A stretch of DNA of 64,000 nucleotides from Macrostomum hystrix (Eukaryota > Animalia > Platyhelminthes). Numbering within the stretch: position 1 is the first letter of the stretch; the number at the start of each line of letters is the position of its first letter. Positions 33,469 to 46,358 of the stretch are shown piece by piece. Below the pieces are notes generated by a model. It ran no database searches. It worked only from the letters and a program-made list of their open reading frames with translations, and was not told where the DNA came from. Both the position numbers and the translations under genes were made by a program. The stretch spans positions 3,100,001 through 3,164,000 of the forward strand of contig CATNEN010000041.1 in the NCBI GenBank assembly GCA_950097015.1. The letters are read 5' to 3'.

Positions 33469-34215
33469 TGGCTTGAGTAGACTATTTCAAATGTTACTTT
33501 TGCATGAAGTGAAGGCCTCCGCGTTGCTAAGAGCAGGTGCACAGCTCAAACTGGACTCCGGCTGAATGCTGAATTCTGGCGCGGCAAGGGCGAGAACAAT
33601 CTTCATTCTATAGAATTCTATACTTTCTGCAGAGACCACGGGACTAAAGAGTGCGTGACGTGACCATTTTGAGCCATAGACAGATTGCTATAGTCACAGC
33701 ACCGCTGGTCCGGTCGTTTCGGAACGTGGTTTTAAATTGTTTTAAAGTGTAGACACATGTAAGCTATGGGAGCAGAGTATGGAGACTGATGCCGTGAAGG
33801 GGACCTTAGACCATAGATATTAGCGAATATACCCAATTACAGAGGCTGTATAGCCATGACTATATAGCAACGCATGACTGTGTGAGCGTACGGTATCTGT
33901 ATGCGTGTGTGCTCAGGAGTCACAATGGGCAGAATAGCCTCCTCGCTGGCTGCGAGTCTAGTGTCATCAAATGATGTGCCATTGCCCGCAGCCCTCCTGC
34001 AATTATTATTATTATTTTGGTTGCGTACATCTGCCCTGACTTTCTCATCGTCAGGCAGTGTACACTTCACTGTACCTTGGAGGTTGGCGCTTAAGGGCGT
34101 AAATTGCACAAGCCTTCTCTCCGCACCCGAAATAAATGCGGCCTCGCTGCGAAATCGAACTTAGGGACCTTGGCGTGAGAGGTAAACGCGTTAACAGCTC
34201 TGCCACCGACCCCTC

Positions 34216-34600
34216 AACGCTGACCATAACGCCATGATGCCAATAGCAACGCTGACCATAACGCCATGATGCCAATAGCAACGCTGACCATAACGCCATG
34301 ATGCCAATAGCAACGCTGACCATAACGCCATGATGCCAATAGCAACGCTGACCATAATGCCATGATGCCAATAGCAACGCTGACCATAATGCCATGATGC
34401 CAATAGCAACCCTGACCATAACGCCATGATGCCAATAGCAACGCTGACCATAACGACATGATGCCAATAGCAACCCTGACCATAACGCCATGATGCCAAT
34501 AGCAACGCTGACCATAACGCCATGATGCCAATAGCAACGCTGACCATAATGCCATGATGCCAATAGCAACGCTGACCATAATGCCATGATGCCAATAGCA
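34216..34600. repeat. 32-bp minisatellite
   Basis: Unit ccatgatgccaatagcaacgctgaccataacg. Confidence 0.95.
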
Positions 34601-35523
34601 TAGTGCTATGATGTCAGAAAAAAATACTTTAAAGCCGGCGCCGCATTGACAATTTGGGGAGTCGCGCATTTTGTATTATTAATTAATCCATTCATTAATT
34701 TATTAAAAACACTCAGAAATGAGCAAGCAGAGAGAGCAACATCTCTGACGCAATCAAATAGCAGGTGTTGCCAACTAAAGCGAATCGGTGACAGGTGAAC
34801 CTGCTACAATGAAGCGAGAGACGGCAGGGAACAGAAGCAGAGCGAATGAAATATTCAACGGGGCTTTCAATCAGCCTCGATAGAGATCGAAGGTAAAACA
34901 GGGCCTGGGGAATTTACAGGCAGCTCGAGGCGGCCAATGTTAAAATCTGCGAGCTAAGCGGTGGAGGATCAGCTGGGATCCGGGATTTCAGCACTTTATT
35001 GCCTGCTTCAAACTGTAGTAATTGGCTCAACTGTCCGCTACTCGCTACTCGCTAGTAGCCAGTTGAGACAGTTGCACATTTTAAACGATGCGATAATAGT
35101 ACAAACGAATTAGATTAGAGCAGAAAACACAAGTATGCGGATAAAAAGATTAGAAATAAATATTTTCAGATGGGCATAAAGAGCCGGTGCCAACAGGGCG
35201 GCTGCGGGTCTGGGCTAAAACAGACAGGTTGGGGACGCCGGACAGATAGGCTGGGTACAGTGGACAGGTAGCTGGGTATGGTGGACAGGTAGCTGGACAG
35301 GCAATTTCCGTGTTGGGGACAGGCAATGGTTGTTTGGGTGTTGAGTAACGAACATAACGAGTGTGAGGGCTCAGTCAGGCCAGTGATCAGCCAGAGTTGA
35401 CCATAGCGGAAAGAGTTGAAAAGACAACGCAACGGATTGAACAATCGACAATAATTTAGAAACAGCAACACGCAAACATGCTTCGGAGAATCAAACAATT
35501 AAAGCATTGAAAATAGTTTGCAG

Positions 35524-35890
35524 GTGAGGATTTCCCATGATGATTCTAGGTCAGTTGTGTGCATTGGGATCCCAGTGGCAAGGATTTCCCATGAGAATTC
35601 TAGGTCAGTTGTGTGCATTGGGATCCCAGTGGCAAGGATTTCCCATCAGAATTCTAGGTCAGTTGTGTGCATTGGGATCCCAGTGGCAAGGATTTCCCAT
35701 CAGAATTATAGGTCAGTTGTGGGCATTGGGATCCCAGTGGCAAGGATTTCCCATCAGAATTCTAGGTCAGTTGTGTGCATTGGGATCCCAGTGGCAAGGA
35801 TTTCCCATCAGAATTCTAGGTCAGTTGTGGGCATTGGGATCCCAGTGGCAAGGATTTCCCATCAGAATTCTAGGTCAGTTGTGTGCATTG
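35524..35890. repeat. 54-bp minisatellite
   Basis: Unit aggatttcccatcagaattctaggtcagttgtgtgcattgggatcccagtggca (~7 copies). Confidence 0.95.
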
Positions 35891-36142
35891 CAATGTGTTT
35901 TAGTTTCGCTTAAAAAATTTGTCAACTATTAATGAAGTGAATGTTCTTTACGCACTACTGCCTAGTAGCATCCAGTGGCGAGACCACAGCACAGGGACCG
36001 GAGGGCAGCAGTCTAAGGAAAACAGTGATAGCAGAAGAAATTACACAGTAAAAGCAGAGACAGCAAAGTAAAGAAACTCAAGACCCGAAGCTTAAGTGTC
36101 TCGCGAACTGGCCGCCCCATGCGAGGGCTCGTCAGGGCGGCT

Positions 36143-39100
36143 TCACCTGTGCGCGGACTGGTTGGCCAGGCCGGCGCTGCTGGCCGCGGTTGTGGCGCGC
36201 TGCTTCAGCAGAGTCCAGTCGAACACGTAGTCGAACACGAAGTTCAGCGTGCGGAACAGGATGCGGAAGTTCTCGCGCAGCCAGCGGTAGTCGGGGGCCT
36301 CCTCGAACTTTAGGTTGCGGCAGTAGCTGAGGTAGCGGCTGAACTCAGGCGGATAGCCCTTGGTCAGGCTCTCAATCGGGGTCGACACCTTCTTCTCGTA
36401 GATGCGCTCGTATTTCTGCTTCTTGTTGTTCGCCTTGGGATTCAGAGGTGAGTACAACAGGTCTGCTGCGGCCCAGAATGCTTAAGGAGTCAGACTGCTC
36501 AGATGAGGACGGACAGACGGGTTGGGGACGGACAGACGGGTTGGGGACGGACAGACGGGTTGGGGACGGACAGACGGGTTGGGGACGGACAGACGGGTTG
36601 GGGACGGACAGACGGGTTGGGGACGGACAGACGGGTTGGGGACGGACAGACGGGTTGGGGACGGACAGACGGGTTGGGGACGGACAGACGGGTTGGGGAC
36701 GGACAGACGGGTTGGGGACGGACAGACGGGTTGGGGACGGACAGACGGGTTGGGGACGGACAGACGGGTTGGGGACGGACAGACGGGTTGGGGACGGACA
36801 GACGGGTTGGGGACGGACAGACGGGTTGGGGACGGACAGACGGGTTGGGGACGGACAGACGGGTTGGGGACGGACAGACGGGTTGGGGACGGACAGACGG
36901 GTTGGGGACGGACAGACGGGTTGGGGACGGACAGACGGGTTGGGGACGGACAGACGGGTTGGGGACGGACAGACGGGTTGAAGAAGAAAGCTAAGAGTGC
37001 AGCTCGCACGCAAACACGAGTTATGCAGCGATGAAGTTTTTCATATCAGGATGGAAGCGGTAACGATAGTTTGCAGAAAGTACAGTCCAGAATCCATCAT
37101 TTCCTAGCATTGTGAAAGCATCTTCTTGCATCACAACGTGTCACTCAGAGCGAATTCCTTCGGTCTGGTCTAGTCACTCGGAGTGAAGAGGGGAAATAGG
37201 CAGAATAGGCGGAGAGGGAGACAGATGAGGGTGCGCAGGAATTTAATTGAATTCAGCGTCCCGACCCGCTGCCAGACAGACAAACAGAGCAAGAGTTTGC
37301 CGCCCATGAGTGCACGCATCAGGCCGCAACAGCTTGGGCAGAGGCTGTGCTTGAGGGCCCAGCAGACAATGAGCGGACCGGGCACGGGGGGAGGCTGGGA
37401 GCTCACACAATGAGGAGGGTCTGAAGTGGCAGAGGCGGGTGCCACGCCCAGAGCGCTGAATGCAAGAGTTCAAAATCTTTCAAAACTTCGTCAGTCTTCA
37501 ATTCTCTCTCTCGCACTGAGCTGCCCAGGTGAGTGCGGCGAGGCAAACTGCAAGCAGTTCCACGCGAGCTAATAAAATAATGTTGATGTGACTCGCTTGT
37601 AACAATTTCCAACACAGCAACAAAAGCTCTCGCGGCATTTTCCATTTCTACGAAGGGCACTCACTTTAAATGAGTTTGCAACAGAAGACCTTCGCTCTCT
37701 TATGTGAGCCCAGAGGAGCTGGGAAGGTGGGAGCTGAGCCTGAGGATCTCGGAAGGTGGGAGCTGAGCCTGAGGATCTGGGAAAGTGGGAGCTGAGACTG
37801 AGGATCTGAGAAGGTGGGAGCTGAGACTGAGGGTCTGGGAAGGTGGGAGCTGAGCCTGAGGATCTGGAGAGTAATCAGAAGATCTGGAGAGGAACCAGAG
37901 GATCTGGAGAGGAACCAGAGGATCTGGAGAGGAACCAGAGGATCTGGAGAGGAACCAGAGGATCTGGAGAGGAACCAGAGGATCTGGAGAGGATCCAGAG
38001 GATCTAGAGTATCCAGATCCTCAGAGGATTCAGAAGATCCAGAGGATCAAGAGGATTCAGAGGATGCAGAGGATCCGAGCTCATATCGGAGCAGCATGTG
38101 CCTGCCCAGTACTCACCTTGAGCCCCTGCCAGGGCAGGGAGGACCTGAGAAAGTACATGAAGACGTAGCCCAGACTTTCGAGATCGTCGCGCCGCGACTG
38201 CTCGATGCCGGCGTGGGCGTTGACCGAGGCGTAGCGGGCGGTACCAGTCAGGTTCTTGTCGTCCCGGTAGGGGATGTGCGTCTTGGTGCGCGAGTCACGG
38301 TATTTCTTGGCCAGGCCGAAGTCCACGAGGAACAGCTTATTGCAGTGACGGCCGATGCCCATCAGGAAGTTGTCCGGCTTGATGTCTCTGGGGATGGCAG
38401 GTGAAACCCGAATGAGGAAGATACACATTGGGAGCATTTTCTGATGGGGGTTGGGAAATCGATGGGTATCAGGTATCGATTTGAGCTTGAGATAACTGAG
38501 AAAATAATTAGAAAAACCATAGATAAGAATTGGAATCAGTAAGGGAAAACCATAGATAAGAATTGGAATCAGTAAGGGAAAACCATAGAGAAGAATTGGG
38601 AATCAGTAAAGGAAAATCATCAATGGGATTTGGAATCAGTAAGGGAAAACCATAGATAAGAATTGGGAATCAGTAAGGGAAAACCATAGAGAAGAATTGG
38701 GAATCAGTAAGGGAAAACCATAGAGAAGAATTGGGAATCAGTAAGGAAAACCATAGAGAAGAATTGGGAATCAGTAAGGGAAAACCATAGAGAAGAATTG
38801 GGAATCAGTAAGGGAAAAACCATAGAGAAGATTGGGAATCAGTAAGGGAAAACCATAGATAAGAATTGGGAATCAGTAAGGGAAACCATAAAGAAGAATT
38901 GGGAATCAGTAAGGGAAAACCATAGAGAAGAATTGGGAATCAGTAAGGGAAAACCATAGAGAAGATTGGGAATCAGTAAGGGAAACCATAGAGAAGAATT
39001 GGGAATCAGTAAGGGAAAACCATAGAGAAGAATTGGGAATCAGTAAAGGAAAATCATCAATGGGATTTGGAATCAGTAAGGGAAAACCATAGATAAGAAT

Positions 39101-41681
39101 TGGGAATCAGTAAGGGAAAACCATAGAGAATAATTGGGAATCAGTAAGGAAAACCATAGAGAAGAATTGGGAATCAGTAAGGAAAACCATAGAGAAGAAT
39201 TGGGAATCAGTAAGGGAAAACCATAGAGAAGAATTGGGAATCAGTAAGGGAAAACCATAGAGAAGAATTGGGAATCAGTAAGGGAAAACCATAGATAAGA
39301 ATTGGGAATCAGTAAGGGAAACCATAGAGAAGAATTGGGAATCAGTAAGGGAAAACCATAGAGAAGAATTGGGAATCAGTAAGGGAAAACCATAGAGAAG
39401 ATTGGGAATCAGTAAGGGAAAACCATAGAGAAGAATTGGGAATCAGTAAGGGAAAACCATAGAGAAGAATTGGGAATCAGTAAGGGAAAACCATAGATAA
39501 GAATTGGAATCAGTAAGGGAAAACCATAGAGAAGATTGGGAATCAATAAGGGAAAACCATAGAGAAGATTGGGAATCAGTAAGGGAAAACCATAGAGAAG
39601 ATTGGGAATCAATAAGGGAAAACCATAGAGAAGATTGGGAATCAGTAAGGGAAAACCATAGAGAAGATTGGGAATCAATAAGGGAAAACCATAGAGAAGA
39701 TTGGGAATCAATAAGGGAAAACCATAGAGAAGATTGGGAATCAGTAAGGGAAAACCATAGAGAAGATTGGGAATCAGTAAGGGAAAACCATAGAGAAGAT
39801 TGGGAATCAGTAAGGGAAAACCATAGAGAAGATTGGGAATCAATAAGGGAAAACCATAGAGAAGATTGGGAATCAGTAAGGGAAAAACATAGATAACATG
39901 CTTAACATGCTCAATGCTTAACACGCTTAACATGCTCAATGCTTAACATGCTCAATTACATGGGAGTCGCGCACAGACAGCCGCAACAATGCAGCGCGCA
40001 GACCCCAGGGGAGCGGCCGGGCCGGCAAGTTGCGCCAGTTCACTAATTAAAAATGCACGCTGACACGGCAACCACCAGCTCCTAGTCCTCCTATGTCAGA
40101 AGGTGAGCCAGGCATAGCAGGCAGCTAATTATGGGCCAGGCGCCCCAGAGCTCGCTAAGTGATAAGAGCTGCCCACATCGGGCCAGGACTAAAATAGCAA
40201 CCTGGCGATGTGTCTATCAAGCTGCTTGGATGCATGCAAGAGTGGCTCGAGTTCTGCTAAAAATAGACTGTGAGCCCTAGCAACTACAGTTCGCGAACTG
40301 TCTCGGAGAACAACACGGACTGCAGTCAGGCAGGCCTGCAACTTGTGACTTGAAATAGCCACCTGCTGGCATTCATGGGCCAAACTGGAAGCAAATATCA
40401 AATCCTCTATAAATAATGTAAAGAAGCCTCACCTGTGAATGAAGTTCTTGTTATGCACAAACTCAATACGGCACAGCATCTGGTCTGCCAGCATGAGCAC
40501 AGTCTTCATGGTAAACCTGCGCGAGCAGAAGGTGAACAGGTCCTCCAGGCTGGGGCCAAGCAGGTCCATCACCAGGCAGTTGTACTGGTTTTTCACGCCA
40601 TCCTGGCCGTACCATCTGAGGGGAGAGGCCAATATGGCACTGTTTCAGCTGGCGCCTTTCAAAACCCACTGCCTTCAGTGACACACTTCGAGTATCTGGA
40701 CTGCCAATGACTTTAGCAAGCGGACAGCTGGAGCACACAGGGTGGAGAGGACAACGGGAGTAGTGGACAGCTGGAGGAAGGCAGTGGACAAACGAGAGAG
40801 TGGACAGCTGGAGGACACAGGGGAGGGCAGTGGACAAACGGGAGAGCGGACAGCTGGAGGACACAGGGGAGGGCAGTGGACATACGGGGGAGTGGACAGC
40901 TGGAGGACACAGTGGAGGGCAGCGGACAGCTGGTGGACACAGTGGAGGGCAGCGTACAGCTGGAGGACATAGTGGAGGGCAGCGGACAGCTGGTGGACAC
41001 AGTGGAGGGCAGCGGACAGCTGGAGGACACAGTGGAGGGCAGCGGACAGCTGGAGGACACAGTGGAGGGCAGCGGACAGCTGGAGGACATAGTGGAGGTC
41101 AGCGGACAGCTGCAGGACATAGTGGAGGGCAGCGGACAGCTAGAGGACACAGTGGAGGGCAGCGGACAGCTGGAGGACATAGTGGAGGGCAGCGGACAGC
41201 TGCAGGACATAGTGGAGGGCAGCGGACAGCTAGAGGACACAGTGGAGGGCAGCGGACAGCTAGAGGACACAGTGGAGGGCAGCGGACAGCTAGAGGACAC
41301 AGTGGAGGGCAGCGGACAGCTAGAGGACACAGTGGAGGGCAGTGGACAGCTGGAGGACATAGTGGAGGTCAGCGGACAGCTGCAGGACATAGTGGAGGGC
41401 AGCGGACAGCTGGAGGACAGGCTGGAGAAGTGCAAGCCCATGGGCCGCACCTGACGCTGGGGATGCCGATGCCATCCTGCAGAATCTTGTAGACTTTGCT
41501 CTCGTAAAGCAGCTGCGGGTGGCGAGCAGTGACGGGCTCGAGCTTCACGGCCACCTCCTCTCCATTGACAATGCTGACGCCAAGGTAGATCTCGCCAAAG
41601 GAGCCAGCTGCCAATCTTGCGTGTCAGCTTGTACTTACCACCAACCACAAAGTCTGTCTTTCGCACCACCTGCGGGTCCAT
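36143..41681 (-). CDS. CSNK1A1: Casein kinase 1 alpha (~324 aa); as written carries a +1 frameshift in the Gly-rich loop
   Basis: Exons 41451-41681, 40433-40615, 38117-38387, 36143-36433. Motifs: VGGKYKL..KIG(S)[101 protein letters not shown]. The GIGRHCNK motif points to the alpha isoform. Extra base at 41606. Confidence 0.93.
36506..36980. repeat. 19-bp minisatellite in CK1 intron 3
   Basis: Unit gggttggggacggacagac, near-perfect, ~25 copies. Confidence 0.97.
37712..38080. repeat. Compound ~28-bp and 20-bp repeats in CK1 intron 3
   Basis: Units ggaaggtgggagctgagcctgaggatct and gaggatctggagaggaacca. Confidence 0.85.
38512..39895. repeat. ~33-bp minisatellite in CK1 intron 2
   Basis: Unit gggaatcagtaagggaaaaccatagagaagatt with indel variants. 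Confidence 0.95.
40722..41420. repeat. 30-bp minisatellite in CK1 intron 1
   Basis: Unit gtggagggcagcggacagctggaggacaca. Confidence 0.95.
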
Positions 41682-42157
41682 CTGTGGGTTAGCCAGTTTT
41701 GAGCTGTGATGAAACTCCAACTTGGCTGCAAGTGGCTAGATTTACTTTGACGTTCGCTCCTAGAAGCTGGACGGCAGTGGAGGCCCAATGGACTTAAAGC
41801 TGCAGATGCAATTGGGCATAACAGATATATACTTTTGCATATATACTTCTATGCAAGGCTTAGTTATAATTCTAAATTCACATAGGACTTAAAATTAAAA
41901 TTGAATTTGTTGAAAGGCTGAAAGCTTTAGATTACAATTAAAAAAAAACTGTAATCTAAAGCCATAAGAATGAAACACATATACATAAAAAATCGTAGGC
42001 TCTATCATCATAGCAACTTTATAAACTTTCATAAATTTTATTGCTTCAAAATGGGTCTGTAAGAGGTTTTTTCATCATTTAGTTATTAATAAAGTGCATA
42101 TTTTATTTCATCTATTAGAAAAGTGAGTAGCTAAAGTAAAAAAGTTGTGTTTAAATA

Positions 42158-42435
42158 CATACATGCGCAACACCCGGCCGACCCGGCCGAACCAGCCGGG
42201 TGAAACGAGGGCCAAGCAAGGTAAGTCGCAAAAACCAATCAACCAAGCGCCAAAAAATCAAAGGGGGGACCAAGGGACAAAAAGGAAGGCGTGAAGAAAA
42301 GGAAAAAGGGGAGAGAAAAAGAGCAAATGAGAGCAAACTAAGTCGTAAATAGAGCACTGAAACGAACTAAGTCGCAAATGAGAGCAAAAACTAAGTCGCA
42401 AGGCTGGCTAAGATTTGGGAGGTTGCGCATGTATG
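42158..42435. mobile_element. 278-bp MITE, hAT-type
   Basis: Perfect 14-bp TIRs CATACATGCGCAAC (42158-42171) and GTTGCGCATGTATG (42422-42435). Identical 8-bp flanks TTTAAATA (42150-42157, 42436-42443). Internal subterminal repeats (aactaagtcg). 8-bp TSDs are typical of hAT. Confidence 0.85.
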
Positions 42436-45400
42436 TTTAAATAGGAGGCACAGAAAGACATTAAATTTATTGTAAAAAATATTCAAATTTTAATACATTA
42501 CAGCAAGTTTAAAATTAAAATAACTATGCAGGTAACCCTAATTCTTACAAAGATAGTGCTGCACATAAAAAACTTTACCAGAGGTCTTGTACAGTACACA
42601 AGTAGGCCTTTAAAATTTTAAGATAGTGCTGATAGGAAGGATGATTCAGCTAAGTAAGCACAATATAGACTAAGTAATAACAAAAAAAGTAAACAAATGC
42701 CCCAATAATGAATACAGTACAATACTAGCATTAACCCATGAATGACTGATTTGATGTCATAATCCACTAATACGCGCGGCGAATTAAACCAACGATTAAA
42801 TTATTGGCTGCGGTTGGCCGAAGCAGAACAGAACGTTCACCTTACAAGCTGAACAATCGAAAACCGATGGGCTTAGGCTACAAGACGCAGCTTGAATACA
42901 AATAAAAGCAGTTAAACTCGGTGAGTGTCTAATTCGGTTCATTTGTTTTTAATGGTTGAAATAAAATATGCAGTACGTTACTTACGGTTACTAAGCAAAT
43001 AAAAAACAACTTCCGAGCTAAATTTGAAACATCGGAAATTCCGAAATGATCAGCTGTTTATTTACGAACAAAGCCGTCGATTTTTCATAGAAGCTTTATC
43101 ATGACACTATTTGCAAACTGACGATAAAGTAACGATACTTAAGAGAATAAGAATACTCACAAGTGGATAATGACAGATATTCAATGTAAGTTTAAGTATT
43201 CAACGGTTAGAGTCAACGCTCATATAATATATTAGCAAGCAATATAGTTAGTTGCTAATCAATATATAATATATTCGATGTATATGTTTTTGTGGTATAT
43301 CAATTTAGGCAAGGACGCAACAATAGAATACATTAACTACGACGCCTTGAAGCCTTTATTTTTATAGCACCATCTAAGTTTCATATCCTAAGGCCTATTG
43401 TTATCGCATAGTTTTCTTGTATTGTACTTTATACTCATAATTTATACATTCAATGGCCATGTATGTAGTTACTGTTGTGATGAGAGGTGTAGGCCAGTGT
43501 TTGGCGAGGGGTTGATGTTTCGTGCGTGGTTTTTCTTACCCCCTTGTCCGTCCGCCCCACTCCGCGACTGGCATTGTTATAAGAGTTTTCTGTGTGCGCG
43601 TATGAGTTTTTGTGAAGGGTTTTTTTGGTTTGAGTATTTTTCATCGTCCGGCTCGCTCAGCTAAGAAAAATATATTGTGGCCCAGACGGGAGCCAAAGAT
43701 AAAGAAAGAGAGATCAAAGACCTTTTTTTAAAACTCTTATGTCTTTCTCGCTGAAGAGAACAGTTACATCGTTTGTAAATCTTTGAAATATATGATAACA
43801 AGTTTTGTATATTGATGGTGGCGTTTGTCTGATACTTAATTTTCTAAAACAGGATCTTCTTTTTTAACATATATGACGAGAATAGTGATTTTATTAATTA
43901 GATCGAGTCGAACAAAATAGTTTTTTCTAAGAAAGTACCTGTCAGATGGAAGTTCGTTCGGAAGCTAAGTAATGTGGGACTCCTTTATAGGTTAAATTGC
44001 ATGCTTAATAGGCCTAGGCCTAGCATATCATCATGCATGTGATAATTTCTAATGTTTAACATAACATTTTATCAAAACTGGCCTAGCTATTGATTATGTA
44101 TATATATATATATATATATATAATGTAGTGCATCGTTTTCAACTTTATTAGATTAAAATATAATGTCGTCTGTTGAGACTCTACAATTAAACAAACAGTG
44201 TGTTGATTGTATATTGAGTGTTTTCACTTTGTAAATGATTATTGCAATTAAGTCATAATTCACTATCAAAAATATAATAATTTTGGCCTATATAATTTCG
44301 GTGGGTCTCCTGGCCACAGTCAGCTTAGCCATGGCATTTGGCTTTCATATATATTAGAGGCCTATACAGAGACACAATCAAAACAGACATACTGGCTCCA
44401 ACTTGAGTCCAAGAATTAGAGGAATAAAACACAGTACTTACTTTCGAATTTACCAAAATAGTGATTGGTACTGAGGGTATTTGCTTTGGCATTTCAGTTG
44501 GGAGAACAAATGAAAGATTTCTTACATTATTTCATGTATAATAAATCTTGTTAGTTTCTTGTTTTACATTATAAAAAATTGAATTAGTGCCAGATCTGCT
44601 CTTATATAGTATAGGTTTATTCCTGCTAATAGATTGCTTTACAAAACACATTTATATATTTTACATATGGTATAAAATGTATATCTCTTTGTATTTATAA
44701 ATTAATTTTTTTGTTTTTTTACTTTTAGTTTTTTTAATATTTCCTTGAATATTTTATTCAGCTAGTGTGCATGCTTAAAAAATTCCCATTATTCCTAGGC
44801 CTAGTAGCTAGCTACTCATTTTAGTAGCTTATATATATTTTATACTATGGTCTAAAACTACTGGTCTTATGTTTTATGCCTTTAATATAAATTTAGCAGT
44901 ATATAATTTTTTGCCTCAATTCACCTTGCAGGTTTACCTGTGTAGCCATGGAACAGCATGCTAGTACAAGGAAGACATGTAAGCAAAGCAAATAAGCTAA
45001 TTATGTTTTTAATGTTTGCTGTTTTATTTTAAATTTATGATTTTAATTGTCTGTCAAATGTCATTTAAAATGTAAAAGAAATTAGTTTCTTGATTTTACA
45101 TATGCTTTAAAAATCATGCCTGGTTGAATAATTAAACTGTCCTGCATGTTCAGGAATGTTTTCAAATTGATTAAATGATGCAACAGATCCAATCAATCAA
45201 AATGTTTTCAGACTTTACTTTGCTGTTCTAATTAATATGATAAATGTGCATTCACTTTCTAGTTACATTGAAACAGTCACCTATTATGCTGTGTTGATTG
45301 CACTTTAAACAAAAGCAATTGAGCCATTTGGTAATTTTATATGCATGTAGATATTTGACCATAACTGACAACTGACCTGCTTGATACACTTTTCAGCCAT

Positions 45401-46358
45401 TGGTAAATTCAATGCTTGTTTCTCTGCTGCTGAATGCTTAATTTGATAGCTTTCTTTCACTTCCAGTTTTTTACTTTTAACTAAGCTAATATTGATTTAT
45501 GTAGGCATTTTTGTTTTCTGTGGCTAAAAATTCACTAATAGCCAAAATCGTAATAGATACTTTAATTTGATAATAACCTATCATCTAGTTCAGAAATACT
45601 ACTAATAAACCATTTGCTAGCAGCCGTGGTTACACCAAACAGATTCCAGTCTTCAAGCATTTGAGTTGTTAATCAGAAGATGTAAGGTGTAGTTGAACTG
45701 GAGTCCTCAGTCGGATGAGCTGTATTGTTAGTGGATGCAGGCAGTTGAACCTCAGTCCTCAGGTTTTAAAACTGAGAACTTAGACGCCCTGATCGCTAAT
45801 CATCCACACCTGTACTTTAGACGCAGGGTTGGCGCTCCCAGCCTACATGGAGGGCAAGTGTTTAGTGAAATTACTCGTAGAACTGTTTTTAGCCAGCTTG
45901 CCACTTGTGACAGTGCTTGCACATCCCAGATTGCCATTTGTGACACACCAGAGCACTGAGATGACGTTTAGCAATGCATTCAGTCTGGAGAGCCAGAGCA
46001 GTCAGATGACAAATTGCATTGGCTTTTCAGCGTTCTGTGCCCGCACCAAACTATTGTTTCGGCAAAAACATGGTTGTTGTAACTGTCTGATACTTGCTAA
46101 CACTCCAAAGTGCGGCACCGCAGCTACCAACTCAGCTGAGCTGAGCCAATCAAATTATCTTCTAATTTTTGTCATTCGCCTATCCATTCTTACCGTATTG
46201 CACTCGGCGTTATATCCTTTCGCCATCTGCTTCAGCCGTCTCTCGCCTCATTCTTATCATGACATCGAATCATTCACTTGTCACTCTTCTTTTCATTCAC
46301 GTGCTGTGCAGTTTCTTGAGTGTTTCCGCCACGCCCCGCAGTCAGCGACGCGCTCCGC

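Noticed and set aside
36372-37034. PQPVCPSPT / GDGQTGWG repeat ORFs
   Set aside because: 19-bp array inside CK1 intron 3.
39409-41492. [30 protein letters not shown] and VEGSGQLED ORFs
   Set aside because: Intronic arrays of CK1 with no splice support as exons.
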